Counted from the stretch's first letter, positions 9,997-21,723 are shown. The stretch: DNA of 64,000 nucleotides from Candidatus Gottesmanbacteria bacterium GW2011_GWA2_43_14 (GCA_000999095.1 LCFP01000001.1:138230-202229); one strand, 5' to 3'. Notes: generated from the sequence alone by a model not told the origin. Translations and numbers: made by a program.

Positions 9997-12734
9997 TTTT
10001 TCGGTCTTTTTTTTTCCTTTTGCCCGGAATCGGTTTTTGTCGCCAGTACTAAATAATTCGTTGTGAAATCTTCAATCTTTTTTATGTGTTCCAACTCCGC
10101 GAAAAAAACAGAAGGAATATTATATATAAATAATTGAATTACTTTTACCAACGGAATGAATAATGGAGATTTTTTATACAAAGCTTCGAGAATACCGTGA
10201 CTTCTCCATATCAGTTCTATGATATGCCAGTATAGTCCTCCGCTGTATTCAATTGAGTCAACCGTCAGTTTATTTTCAGGTAAAAATTTAAGGTACCAGA
10301 ATTTAGTAAACCCACCGTAAAAATGGTAAGGAATCTGATGAAGTCCGCTGCCTAAAGGAGAAGTAAGAATCAATTTTCCTCCGGATTTAAGTAATCTGCT
10401 CATTTCCTGTACCGCTTCAATCGGATACGGCACATGTTCTAACACTTCTGTGCATAAAATAACATCAAAACTATTATCAGGTAATGGTATGGATCTGATA
10501 TCGCTGATTACGTCAATTTTTCCGTAATTTAAATTCGGTGTCTGACAAAAATCTTGTGAAGTATAACGGCAATGATTTAAATATGATTTAAAAGGTGCTG
10601 ATCCTGCACCGACGTCTAAAACGGTTGATCCTTTGGGTAATTTCTTTAATTGCTCGATAGTCCAATCATGCCTCGTTTTCCAGGCTAGATTTGAAATTTG
10701 GAATGAATATGATGAATTAAATAATAAAAAAAAATTTCTTATGAGTTTGAATAATAAATTTTTACAGAGAGAAAATATATCAGTTACTTTTTTTGCTTTC
10801 TTCACCATCAGCAGTGCTGAAATTTTGTAAATTTTATTAATTAAATTTTCATCGATAGTTATTCTTTCCAACTTAAGATAATCTTTTATTTTTGACGGTT
10901 GCCATCTTGAGTAAAAACGCTCAGGATTCTCTTTAATTACTTTTTCCCAAATTTTCCATTTATCACCCTGATAAACACTTATACTTCCCGAGGTATTTAT
11001 TGTATCCGACAAAAAAGCAAAAACTTTAAATCCCTCGCTTTTCGCCCGAAAACATAAATCTATATCATCCATGTAATAAGGCGCATATGATTCATCAAGG
11101 TATCCGTATTTCTCCAGAAATGATTTTCTTAAAATCAACGGTCCTCTCATACAAGCATCAGTCTCAAATACCTTATGTTTTAACTCGGGGTCCGTATTTT
11201 CATCCTGTCTCCAGTAGACTTCATGTTCGTTAACGACAATCTGTCCTTTCCCCGTTAAGTTTTTCATGTCTTTAGGATAAAAATTTACACCTGCCAAGGC
11301 TCCTAATATGGCTATCTTCGGAGATTTCTCAAGAATTGAGACAGCTTCAAAAAAAATATTTCTGTCATAAATAAAATTATCATCCTGTAAAATAACGGCA
11401 TACTTTCCTGAAGATTTTTTCAATCCTAAATTATTAGTTTTGGTTTCAAAAATATTCGCTGTGACGTAAAAGGTTACGGGATACTGTTTTTTGTCCTTAT
11501 AAAAATTCCTGACGATATCTTCAGTCTGATCCTGACAGCCGTCAAAATAAATATGCAACTCACAGTTGCCATATTGTATTAATGCGCGATGAAGAAGTTT
11601 AATCAGCGGTTTAATGGTTCTTTCTTTGTTAAATATGGGTAAAATAACGCTGATCTTCGGATATAGATCGTTTTTTACCGCACCAATGACTGCTTCTTTC
11701 AGGGAACTTCTAAAATCAGCATGGAATAAACCGTAATATTCTTTTGTCTTCATTTTCCAGCGGTTGATTTCTCCTTTCGGCAGAGAAAGTGCTTTCAGCA
11801 TAATATTCCTGTTAATTTCAGAGTTAGTGCTTAATTCCAAATTTCCAAAAGGGGCAAAATCAATACCACAATTTCGTGACACTAACGGAATTAAACCGCT
11901 ATCCAAGGCTTCAACAGCTGTTCCTGCCTGGCCTTCTTCAAGAGAAGGAAATATAAAAAAATCACTATTCGCTACTATCCTGCGGTATTTTAAGTTGCCT
12001 GCGTCTACCCAACCGTAATGTTCAGCTTTATTTCCGAGAATCTTAAGGAAACGGTTAAGTTTTTGTTCATAAAATGAATTTGTCGGTAATCCCATTATCT
12101 TAAGATGAAATTTCCGGTCTAAAATCTGCGGTTGGGTAAAAAGAGAATATACAATATCAAATCCTTTCCGTAGACCGATTTCTGAGGTTAAGTAGATAAA
12201 TTCGGGTACACTCTTTTTTTTATTGATAATTTGGGAAATATATTCAGCTCCGTAATTAATCATTTTAATTTTTTGTTTAGGGATCCCGCGCTTTATATAG
12301 GTGTTGTAAGTTCTTATGTTACCCGCACAGATTATATAGTCTGCTGAATTTATTGATTGATCGATAGACAGAAAGTTCATTAAATCCCATCCGGCCAATG
12401 CTTTCAGATTTAAACTTTCTTTCAATAAAAACGATAGCAGTATCCTGTTTCTTTCCGCAGGATGCATATTAACGGCAAATAGAATACTTTTATTAATTTT
12501 GCATACCCTAAGAATTTCATTGAACTTATAATGGGTACCTACGAATAAATCGAATTCTTTTCCCCTGACGGAGTCTATTTCATTTCCATCAATATATGTA
12601 ATTTTTCCAATTTCAGACAAAATGCGGTATAAATTTCTGGCCAGTATTCCGGCTGAGGAATGCCAATACTTTTGTGATGTTGGATTCTTCGAAGGATCGA
12701 AATGAAATTTACTATAAGACAAAAGTATTTTCAT
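9993..12734 (-). CDS. Tri-domain fusion protein: N-terminal GT4 glycosyltransferase, central GT2 glycosyltransferase, C-terminal class I SAM methyltransferase (913 aa)
   Basis: GT4 motif EEGQAGTAVEALDSGLIPLVSRNCG (about aa 265-290). GT2 ISVILPIFNKERTI...ILQDDNF...YYMDDIDLCFR (about aa 350-600). MTase motif I STVLDVGAGSAPF and DVILCTEVLEHVPYP (about aa 700-830). Approximate nt spans: GT4 12734-11700, GT2 11690-10930, MTase 10640-10240. Confidence 0.7.
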   Translation of the reverse strand: MKILLSYSKFHFDPSKNPTSQKYWHSSAGILARNLYRILSEIGKITYIDGNEIDSVRGKEFDLFVGTHYKFNEILRVCKINKSILFAVNMHPAERNRILLSFLLKESLNLKALAGWDLMNFLSIDQSINSADYIICAGNIRTYNTYIKRGIPKQKIKMINYGAEYISQIINKKKSVPEFIYLTSEIGLRKGFDIVYSLFTQPQILDRKFHLKIMGLPTNSFYEQKLNRFLKILGNKAEHYGWVDAGNLKYRRIVANSDFFIFPSLEEGQAGTAVEALDSGLIPLVSRNCGIDFAPFGNLELSTNSEINRNIMLKALSLPKGEINRWKMKTKEYYGLFHADFRSSLKEAVIGAVKNDLYPKISVILPIFNKERTIKPLIKLLHRALIQYGNCELHIYFDGCQDQTEDIVRNFYKDKKQYPVTFYVTANIFETKTNNLGLKKSSGKYAVILQDDNFIYDRNIFFEAVSILEKSPKIAILGALAGVNFYPKDMKNLTGKGQIVVNEHEVYWRQDENTDPELKHKVFETDACMRGPLILRKSFLEKYGYLDESYAPYYMDDIDLCFRAKSEGFKVFAFLSDTINTSGSISVYQGDKWKIWEKVIKENPERFYSRWQPSKIKDYLKLERITIDENLINKIYKISALLMVKKAKKVTDIFSLCKNLLFKLIRNFFLLFNSSYSFQISNLAWKTRHDWTIEQLKKLPKGSTVLDVGAGSAPFKSYLNHCRYTSQDFCQTPNLNYGKIDVISDIRSIPLPDNSFDVILCTEVLEHVPYPIEAVQEMSRLLKSGGKLILTSPLGSGLHQIPYHFYGGFTKFWYLKFLPENKLTVDSIEYSGGLYWHIIELIWRSHGILEALYKKSPLFIPLVKVIQLFIYNIPSVFFAELEHIKKIEDFTTNYLVLATKTDSGQKEKKRPKK

Positions 12735-13960
12735 TTACGAATTCTCCACAGACTAGGAATAAGAAGATGGGCGGGAAAATTGGCAAAAGACTTATGTGAA
12801 GCAAAAGCAGGGGCACTGACAACTGTTAAATCTCCCATTTCAAAACCGTCAGTCACCAGATTTCCGTCAAGCCAGATCTGTGTTTCCAGAGTGTATTTTC
12901 CGGGAGATACATGAGGTAAATGAAACCGGAGGGAAATGCTTCCTTTTTTTTCTGTCATGTGCCGGACGTTCTCCAAGTGGTTATGCGAATAATACATTAA
13001 GGTATAATCCTCTTTTTTCCTCAGGGCAAACGAAAGACAGAGGTCATAGGACTTGTTGCCCGAGCCTTTGTATTCGGCCGTGATTTCCATCTGGCTTTCA
13101 GGAAACACCTCCGGTTCATCCTTGACGGAAATACCATTGACCCTGAAATTTATAAATTCAAGATTATATCTATTCAGTCTGATCGAAGCCGAAGATGTCT
13201 GTCTGGACTGCTGATAGGTATTTATAAGTTCATCGATGGCAGTCAGTTTACTGCTGCGGCCGTCTTTAATAATGATTCCCTTTAGGCATAATTTCTTAAC
13301 CATGCCCAAATTATGGCTGACAAACAGGATTGTCCTGCCTGATTGTGAGATATTTTCCATCTTGCCCAATGATTTCTGCTGAAAAGCCGTGTCCCCGACT
13401 GAAAGCACTTCATCGATCAGGAGTATTTCGGCCTCCAAATGGGCAGCCACAGCAAATGCCAATCTCATATGCATGCCTGAAGAATACCGTTTAACCGGTG
13501 TATCCAGAAACCGCTCTATTTCGGCAAAATCCACAATATCATCAAACTTTTTTCTGACTTCCACTCGTGACATACCCAAAATCGCTCCGTTTAAAAAGAT
13601 GTTCTCCCGACCGGTAAGTTCCGGATGGAATCCAGTACCGACTTCCAATAGGCTGGCAACCCTGCCTCTTAATACAGCTTTTCCCTCTGTGGGAGGTGTT
13701 ATTCTGGATAACACTTTAAGAAGAGTAGTTTTCCCGGCGCCGTTTCTGCCGATAATACCGACAATTTCCCCTTCCTTAACATTCAGGTCGATATCCTTCA
13801 AAGCCCAAAATTGTCCCATATCGGTCTTTTTATTGCCGGCGAGGACTTTAACGGGATCTGTAATCCAATTTGTTAATGAATCCCGGAGGGAATAATACGG
13901 TTGGCTGACCCCGTATTTATATTTTTTTGAGAGCTTGTTAATCTCAATGATCGGCTTCAT
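12731..13960 (-). CDS. wzt: ABC transporter ATP-binding protein Wzt/TagH-type with C-terminal glycan-binding beta-sandwich domain
   Basis: Walker A GRNGAGKTT, signature YSSGMHMRLAF, Walker B LLIDEVLSVGD, H-loop VSHN. About 160 extra C-terminal residues are predicted beta-rich, like the Wzt_C domain. Confidence 0.85.
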   Translation of the reverse strand: MKPIIEINKLSKKYKYGVSQPYYSLRDSLTNWITDPVKVLAGNKKTDMGQFWALKDIDLNVKEGEIVGIIGRNGAGKTTLLKVLSRITPPTEGKAVLRGRVASLLEVGTGFHPELTGRENIFLNGAILGMSRVEVRKKFDDIVDFAEIERFLDTPVKRYSSGMHMRLAFAVAAHLEAEILLIDEVLSVGDTAFQQKSLGKMENISQSGRTILFVSHNLGMVKKLCLKGIIIKDGRSSKLTAIDELINTYQQSRQTSSASIRLNRYNLEFINFRVNGISVKDEPEVFPESQMEITAEYKGSGNKSYDLCLSFALRKKEDYTLMYYSHNHLENVRHMTEKKGSISLRFHLPHVSPGKYTLETQIWLDGNLVTDGFEMGDLTVVSAPAFASHKSFANFPAHLLIPSLWRIRK

Positions 13961-13961
13961 A

Positions 13962-14789
13962 TCAGACTATGTCCGCGAAAAACTTTTCGGTTTTGGAGAA
14001 ATAGACGAATCCGGCTATGAGTATTAATAGAGAACTTACGGCAGAGACGGTTAATAGAAAAAAATCGGGGGTAGTACCGGAAAAAATTCCCCGTGACGCT
14101 TCAACTGCCCCCGACATCGGATTAAAAGCCATATAGATTTTATGTGACGGAGATAGAATGGAAAGCGGATAGATGACCGGAGTAATAAACAGCAGGATTT
14201 GGATAAAAAAAGGAAGGATATAGCGGACGTCCCTGTATTTGACGTTGACTGAGGCCAAAAACAGACCGATACCGGATGAGGAAAATATCGTTACCAATAT
14301 GGAAAACGGCAGCAGATAAATAATTCTGAGATTAGGCGAATGGCCGGTAACGACTGCAAAGATAAAAAGAATAAACAGGTTGATTAAAAAGTCGATAAAA
14401 CCGGTCAGCAAAGAAGACAAAGGTAAAATAATTTTTGGAAAATAAACTTTTTTGATAATGCTTTCATTTTCAATCATGCTGTTGGCTGCATGGGAAACAG
14501 AGTTGGAAAAATAGTTCCAAAAAACCAGGCCGGTTAGAACGAAAAGCGGATACGGCAGGTCCCCTGATGGAATTTTGGCAAAATTTCCGAAAAAGACGGT
14601 AAAGATAATTGTTGTTACCAATGGCTGGAATATTACCCAAAATATTCCCAAAAATGTCTGCTTGTACCTTACTTTTATATCCCGCCAGGAAAATATGTAA
14701 AACAATTCCCTGAAACGGACAATCTCGGCCAAATGAAAAACTCCGAATGATTTCGGGGAAATGACTGTTTCTCTTGACGATACTCTCAT
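13962..14789 (-). CDS. wzm: ABC-2 type polysaccharide exporter permease Wzm/TagG
   Basis: 275 aa, six hydrophobic helices, ABC-2 pattern. Directly downstream of wzt. Confidence 0.8.
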   Translation of the reverse strand: MRVSSRETVISPKSFGVFHLAEIVRFRELFYIFSWRDIKVRYKQTFLGIFWVIFQPLVTTIIFTVFFGNFAKIPSGDLPYPLFVLTGLVFWNYFSNSVSHAANSMIENESIIKKVYFPKIILPLSSLLTGFIDFLINLFILFIFAVVTGHSPNLRIIYLLPFSILVTIFSSSGIGLFLASVNVKYRDVRYILPFFIQILLFITPVIYPLSILSPSHKIYMAFNPMSGAVEASRGIFSGTTPDFFLLTVSAVSSLLILIAGFVYFSKTEKFFADIV

Positions 14790-14835
14790 TTTATTTGCGG
14801 AAATACCGTAATTATACCTGAAGTGAGCTTGCGAA

Positions 14836-16939
<2,104 letters not shown>

Positions 16940-16958
16940 TCAGTATATCCATATAGTC

Positions 16959-17801
16959 TTATTTAATCAATAATTTACGATAGATAAGTTTTGCTATAGT
17001 TGCATGCCATTTATGCAGACAATGAATAATTATTGAATTGCTGTGTTTTTTGGCCAACATATATTCTTCCTCAAACTGGTTTTCGGGAGACTTTACCGTT
17101 TTGGAAGACGGATGGACACGGTAGCATGCCAGGTAGTCATCCAGAAAATAAAGGGGGTATTTTTGCCAGATTCTCAACCAGTAATCGTAATCCATGCTGT
17201 AATGTAAATCAGTATCAAGTAATCCGACTGATTTAAAAATATCCCGTCTCCAGAAAGTTGCTGGCTGGGAGATAAAATTGATTATCTCCAGAGTCTGTAT
17301 CAAACGGAAATGTTTAAGCAGCATGTTTTTATAGGCAGTGATTGCTTTCCTTACTTCCCTGTTATTTAAATCAACAATCCGGCATTTTCCGGTGACCCAT
17401 AACGCCCGGGGATAACGGTGGAAAAAATCCGACACTTTTTTCAGGGAACCGGGCAGTAGATAATCATCGGAATTGATAAAACCGATAATTTCTCCCGTCG
17501 ATTTTCTGAAACCGCGGTTTAAAGCATCAGACTGCCCTTTATCCTTGCCGGAAGTCCAGTCAATTTGCCTGGTGTATTTTTTTAAAAGATGGGTCGTCCC
17601 GTCCTTCGAACCGCCGTCCATGACGATATATTCCAAATTAGGATATTTTTGCCCGAGAACCGACTTGATGGTTTGCTCTATAAACTGCCCCTGGTTAAAA
17701 GAGGGTGTAACAAGACTAATTTTTAGATTTCTTCCGGCCATTTTTTTTATTACTATCAAGAGCCAGTTTCCTGACCAGATCGGTAATTTCCTGCCTGACA
17801 T
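16959..17801 (-). CDS. GT2 family glycosyltransferase
   Basis: ISLVTPSFNQGQFIEQTIKSVLGQKYPNLEYIVMDGGSKDGT and INSDD. Confidence 0.7.
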   Translation of the reverse strand: MSGRKLPIWSGNWLLIVIKKMAGRNLKISLVTPSFNQGQFIEQTIKSVLGQKYPNLEYIVMDGGSKDGTTHLLKKYTRQIDWTSGKDKGQSDALNRGFRKSTGEIIGFINSDDYLLPGSLKKVSDFFHRYPRALWVTGKCRIVDLNNREVRKAITAYKNMLLKHFRLIQTLEIINFISQPATFWRRDIFKSVGLLDTDLHYSMDYDYWLRIWQKYPLYFLDDYLACYRVHPSSKTVKSPENQFEEEYMLAKKHSNSIIIHCLHKWHATIAKLIYRKLLIK

Positions 17802-18069
17802 TTTCCAGATAAACGTACAGCCGGAAAACCAGGTAAAAGAGAACGGCTATGGAAATGTAAATAACCGCATCGACTCCGCGTCCGATTCCCAACAATTGGG
17901 CGATTCTGCTGGCCTGGTCGGGAAAAGCTGTCAGGTATACGGCTGCCGCAAACAGAAAACTCCAGAAAAGGAAACTTAACAATGACAGATTGCCGCTTTT
18001 ATACTGCAGGGTGACCCGGCTTAAGGCAAAAAGTAAAAAAACAATCAGCAGAATCTGGGTAAGGCTCAT
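17716..18069 (-). CDS. Small membrane protein (DUF2304-like companion of polyprenyl-P glycosyltransferases). Probable start is the internal Met MSLTQILL.
   Basis: Three hydrophobic helices and a basic C-tail. Sits directly downstream of and overlapping the DPM1-like GT2. The first 16 codons of the ORF-track call overlap the upstream gene. Confidence 0.45.
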   Translation of the reverse strand: MSLTQILLIVFLLFALSRVTLQYKSGNLSLLSFLFWSFLFAAAVYLTAFPDQASRIAQLLGIGRGVDAVIYISIAVLFYLVFRLYVYLENVRQEITDLVRKLALDSNKKNGRKKSKN

Positions 18070-18070
18070 T

Positions 18071-18751
18071 TTATTTAAACAAACGCACCAGTAATTGTAA
18101 TATGATTTTCGGCGCATTGGTAATTCTCTGCCCTTTGGCCTTTGAATATTCCGTATAAATCACGCGGATGGGAATCTCCGCATAACTTAAACGGTTCTTG
18201 GCAATTTCCCGGAAAACCTCGCTTGAGACTTCCATGCCATCCGCTTGCAGCCTTACACGATCAAGCGCCTTTGGCCCGAATGCGCGGTAGCCCGACTGTG
18301 AATCGCTGGTATTTATGCCGTAAAAAAAGTAAGTCAGCAAATTAGCCAGTTTGTTTACAATTATACGTGTCCGAGGGGCTGATCCGGCCTTAAGCCAGCG
18401 GGATCCGACAACGACGTCCTTATGGCTGTCTATAACTTTTTTGATAAACAAAGGAATGCTGCCGGGTTCGTGCTGTCCGTCGGCATCTATGGTTATTAAT
18501 ATCTGGTAACCTTCCCTTCTGGCAAAATCCATGGCTGTTTTTATGGCGCCTCCCAATCCCCTGTTTATAATATGCCTGACTACAATTGCTCCGTGCTTTT
18601 GAGCTTTTTCAAAAGTCCTGTCAGTTGAACCGTCATCAACTACCAGAATATCCCTTTTCTTTATGCCGGCAATTTTTCCGGGGATGCTTTTTATCACCTG
18701 GGCAATCATCTTTTCTTCATTAAAGGCAGGGATGGCTACTAGAAGTTTCAT
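18071..18751 (-). CDS. GT2 polyprenyl-phosphate sugar synthase (DPM1/GtrB-like, soluble form)
   Basis: LVAIPAFNEEKMI, VVDDGSTDRT, TIDADGQHEP, VVVGSRW, SQSGYRAF, EIPIRVIYTEYSKAKGQRI (DPM1-like C-terminal EVPxxFxxRxxGxSK). Confidence 0.7.
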   Translation of the reverse strand: MKLLVAIPAFNEEKMIAQVIKSIPGKIAGIKKRDILVVDDGSTDRTFEKAQKHGAIVVRHIINRGLGGAIKTAMDFARREGYQILITIDADGQHEPGSIPLFIKKVIDSHKDVVVGSRWLKAGSAPRTRIIVNKLANLLTYFFYGINTSDSQSGYRAFGPKALDRVRLQADGMEVSSEVFREIAKNRLSYAEIPIRVIYTEYSKAKGQRITNAPKIILQLLVRLFK

Positions 18752-18760
18752 GACGGTATT

Positions 18761-19891
18761 TTAGGCTACCCAATGGCCGGAAGTAAACAGCATGGTTAAA
18801 ACAAGCTGCAACAGAAGCGAAATGAAAAGCACCAGGCTTCTGATTTTAAGATTGCGGATGGATGCAAGTACCAGAAAAATCGGTAATGCCACAAGAACAT
18901 ATCTCGGCATACTGGAAAAGGTCCCGGTCAGAGTCGGCAATATAATGGCCGGCCAGGCGAATATCAGCCATGACAGGTAAATTTTCTGCCTGCGGGCGAC
19001 TAACAGTAAAAAGATAGTAAAAAGTGTCAGATAAAATTCCAGAAAGGTAATCCAAAAGACTTCCTGTGAGACGGGGATATCGGCAAACATTTTGATATAA
19101 CGGTAAACGACCTGGGGCATGAAAATCAGCGAACTGCCGCTCCGGGCAGCTCCGAAAACAGGCTGGGCATGCCAGAAGTAAAGGGCATCTGAAAAATAAT
19201 AATAAAGATATGACATATAGGCAATTAGTCCCAGAGGGGCCAGGTAAAGCACCGGAGACTTTAAAAAATGCAGGAGAGTTGATTTTTTCTTTCCGTCCAT
19301 GTATTGCCAGAGAAGTGCCGGCAAAAGAAAAATGCCGATAAGTCTGGTGCCCGAGGCCGCAGCTCCCGCAAGTGAAGCCAGAAACCATTTTTTCTTTTTG
19401 GCCAGCCAGAACGACAACAGTAATAAAAACAGAAACAGGCTTTCCGTATAAAGGCTGCCGAAATAATAAGAGGTCGGGAAAAAAACAAGGAAGGCCAGTA
19501 TCCATTTAAGCCTGTTTTCCTGGATATCAGGCCTGAGGATCGCAGATAAAAGAAATAAAGACGCCAGAAACAGAACATTTGACAAGAGAAGACCGCTAAC
19601 TAAAGGATGAAATACAGGCAGCAGGCGGTAGAAATATTTTAATATGGCGGGAAAAAGAGGAAAATAAACCTGGGTATACTGCGCCTGGTATCCCCGGCTG
19701 GCGATAGTCAGATAATGCACACCGTCAAAATTGGCAAAACCCCAAATCCAGCGGGGTAAATTGGAAGGTATTAAAAACAGGTCGGCATAAGGAAAACGCG
19801 GGGTAAAGGGCATGATTTTTTCCGCCAAATAGGCGGCGGCAAAAAGGAGTATCCGCCAGCTGAAGAAAAGTCCCGCTATAAAAACTGTCAT
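18761..19891 (-). CDS. GT-C mannosyltransferase, PIG-V/GPI-mannosyltransferase-II-like (GT76-like)
   Basis: Polytopic membrane protein. FANFDGVHYLTIASRGY matches the PIG-V/Gpi18 motif FxxWDGxHYLxIAExGY in the first luminal loop. Confidence 0.55.
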   Translation of the reverse strand: MTVFIAGLFFSWRILLFAAAYLAEKIMPFTPRFPYADLFLIPSNLPRWIWGFANFDGVHYLTIASRGYQAQYTQVYFPLFPAILKYFYRLLPVFHPLVSGLLLSNVLFLASLFLLSAILRPDIQENRLKWILAFLVFFPTSYYFGSLYTESLFLFLLLLSFWLAKKKKWFLASLAGAAASGTRLIGIFLLPALLWQYMDGKKKSTLLHFLKSPVLYLAPLGLIAYMSYLYYYFSDALYFWHAQPVFGAARSGSSLIFMPQVVYRYIKMFADIPVSQEVFWITFLEFYLTLFTIFLLLVARRQKIYLSWLIFAWPAIILPTLTGTFSSMPRYVLVALPIFLVLASIRNLKIRSLVLFISLLLQLVLTMLFTSGHWVA

Positions 19892-20925
19892 ATTGCCAAT
19901 ACCCCGCGGTAAACTTCCAGGGTCTGTCTGGCGGTTTCTGGCCAGCTGAATTTCTTTGACTGCATTTTCCCTTTTTTTATAAATTTCTCCCTCAGTTTGG
20001 CATCAGTCAGAAACTGTTTTATCTTTCCGGCCAAATCCTGCGGATCGCGATAATCGGCATATAGCGCTGCTTGGCCGGCTACTTCCTCTAAACTGCCCCT
20101 TGCGGTTACAACGGCCGGGCAACCTGAAGCCATTGCCTCCAAGACAGGCAAACCGAATCCCTCGTCAATTGAAGGCTGGATATAAACACCGGCTTGGCTG
20201 TAAAGTCCGGCTAAATCTAGCTCGGATAGACTTCCGGGAAAAAACAGCTTATCCCTGATATTTAACTCATTAACCAGTGCCGAAATTTGCTCTAACGGCT
20301 CTGAGGGATCCTTAAATCCTTTTCCGGCAAGCACCAGCCTCAGTTTGGGAAATTCCCGGGAAAGAACGTCAAAACTCCGGAGCAGGACCGGAATATTTTT
20401 ATTGAAATTAACGTCACCAACATACAATAAATAATCATCCGGCAAACGCAGCTTTTCTTTTATTTCTAGGGTTTCTTTTGCCTTTAAACTGCCGAAGATT
20501 GAATCGGGAGCCAGCGGTATGACTTTTATTTTTTCTGTTCTTATGCCGGTTATTGCGGAGATGTCGGCTGCCGAACTTTCTGAATCGGTGATGATTTTCT
20601 CCGATTTTTTAAGTTGGCGCTTTTGCCACAACCATTTAATACTGCCCCGAAATCCCGTCGGATTTTCCCTGGGGTACTTAAGCGGGATCAAATCATGCAC
20701 CGTCACAATCTTTTTTTCCCCGGATACTAAAGGCATGGTCAGGAAAAAGGGATCGAAATAGGGAAAGTGGACAAGGTCATAACCCTCTAAATTAGCTCCC
20801 CAACTGACGATTTCAACAACAGGATCCCTGACTGAAACCAAAAGACGTGACAAATGACTGAAGTAAATTCCGCTGCCGCGAAGATTATGTCCTTTGATAG
20901 GAGGAGTGACCAGTGCCGCTTTCAT
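19888..20925 (-). CDS. GT4 family glycosyltransferase
   Basis: EGFGLPVLEAMASGCPAVVT (E-x7-E). Confidence 0.75.
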   Translation of the reverse strand: MKAALVTPPIKGHNLRGSGIYFSHLSRLLVSVRDPVVEIVSWGANLEGYDLVHFPYFDPFFLTMPLVSGEKKIVTVHDLIPLKYPRENPTGFRGSIKWLWQKRQLKKSEKIITDSESSAADISAITGIRTEKIKVIPLAPDSIFGSLKAKETLEIKEKLRLPDDYLLYVGDVNFNKNIPVLLRSFDVLSREFPKLRLVLAGKGFKDPSEPLEQISALVNELNIRDKLFFPGSLSELDLAGLYSQAGVYIQPSIDEGFGLPVLEAMASGCPAVVTARGSLEEVAGQAALYADYRDPQDLAGKIKQFLTDAKLREKFIKKGKMQSKKFSWPETARQTLEVYRGVLAI

Positions 20926-20937
20926 AGCTTAGAATAT

Positions 20938-21723
20938 TTACGCTTCCGCCCGGTTTTTCTTCTCCCAATATTTGATATAGGCTGCCGTAAATCTCAGGGA
21001 GGAAAAAAGGGAAAAAGCAAAACCGGGCATTCCGTCCCGGAAACCCTTGTGCCGGAAATATGTTTTTATAAACCACCATTTCGGTTTAATGATCAAATAG
21101 TTAATTGCCGACAGCAAGTTCAGCGGAAGTTTTTGTTCAGCCAATTCCGAAGCCAGGATATCCGTATAAAGGTTGAAATGCTCCAAGTAATGGGAAAAGT
21201 CCGGATAGGAATAATGCAGCAGGTCGTTTTTAAGACGGCCAGTTTGCCCGGTCACCTCAGCCTGTTCATGAACGCTTTTGGCGGGCAGTCGGCCTTTGCC
21301 CCGGCGGTACAACCTCAGAGTATAGTCCGGGTATTGTCCGCCTTTCTTGAGAAACCTGCCTAAAAAATAATTTCTGCGCGGAATCCAATATCCGTCAAAT
21401 GCCTGCTTTGAACTGATGGCCAGTTTTATTTCTTCTTTCAGGGCCTCACTTAGTCTTTCATCGGCATCAAGCTGGAGAATCCAATTGCCGCCGGCTGAAT
21501 CAATGGCCAGCTGTTTATTGACATGGAAATTGGCCTGATTCTTTCTGATCAGTACTTTGGCACCGTACTGCCGGAGGATATCGGCGGTGGCGTCATTTGA
21601 AGTGCCGTCGACGGCAACTATTTCGTCGGCCAGGCCTTTGACACTTTCAAGGCAGCGTCCGATGTTCATCTCCTCATTGTACGTGGCCAAAACAACAGAC
21701 AGATTAAGTTTGTTTTTTTCCAT
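20938..21723 (-). CDS. GT2 family glycosyltransferase (short WaaE/KdtX-like subfamily, paralog 1 of 3)
   Basis: LSVVLATYNEEMNIGRCLESV..EIVAVDGTSNDAT, DADERL, C-terminal HKGFRDGMPGFAFSLF..YIKYWEKK motif. Shared with 45692..46432 and 47318..48229. Confidence 0.65.
   Translation of the reverse strand: MEKNKLNLSVVLATYNEEMNIGRCLESVKGLADEIVAVDGTSNDATADILRQYGAKVLIRKNQANFHVNKQLAIDSAGGNWILQLDADERLSEALKEEIKLAISSKQAFDGYWIPRRNYFLGRFLKKGGQYPDYTLRLYRRGKGRLPAKSVHEQAEVTGQTGRLKNDLLHYSYPDFSHYLEHFNLYTDILASELAEQKLPLNLLSAINYLIIKPKWWFIKTYFRHKGFRDGMPGFAFSLFSSLRFTAAYIKYWEKKNRAEA

Noticed and set aside
18846-19505. 219-aa minus-strand ORF nested inside the PIG-V-like gene
   Set aside because: It is in a different frame of the same strand, wholly inside a gene with good family motifs. 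Its Cys/Pro-rich translation has no features.
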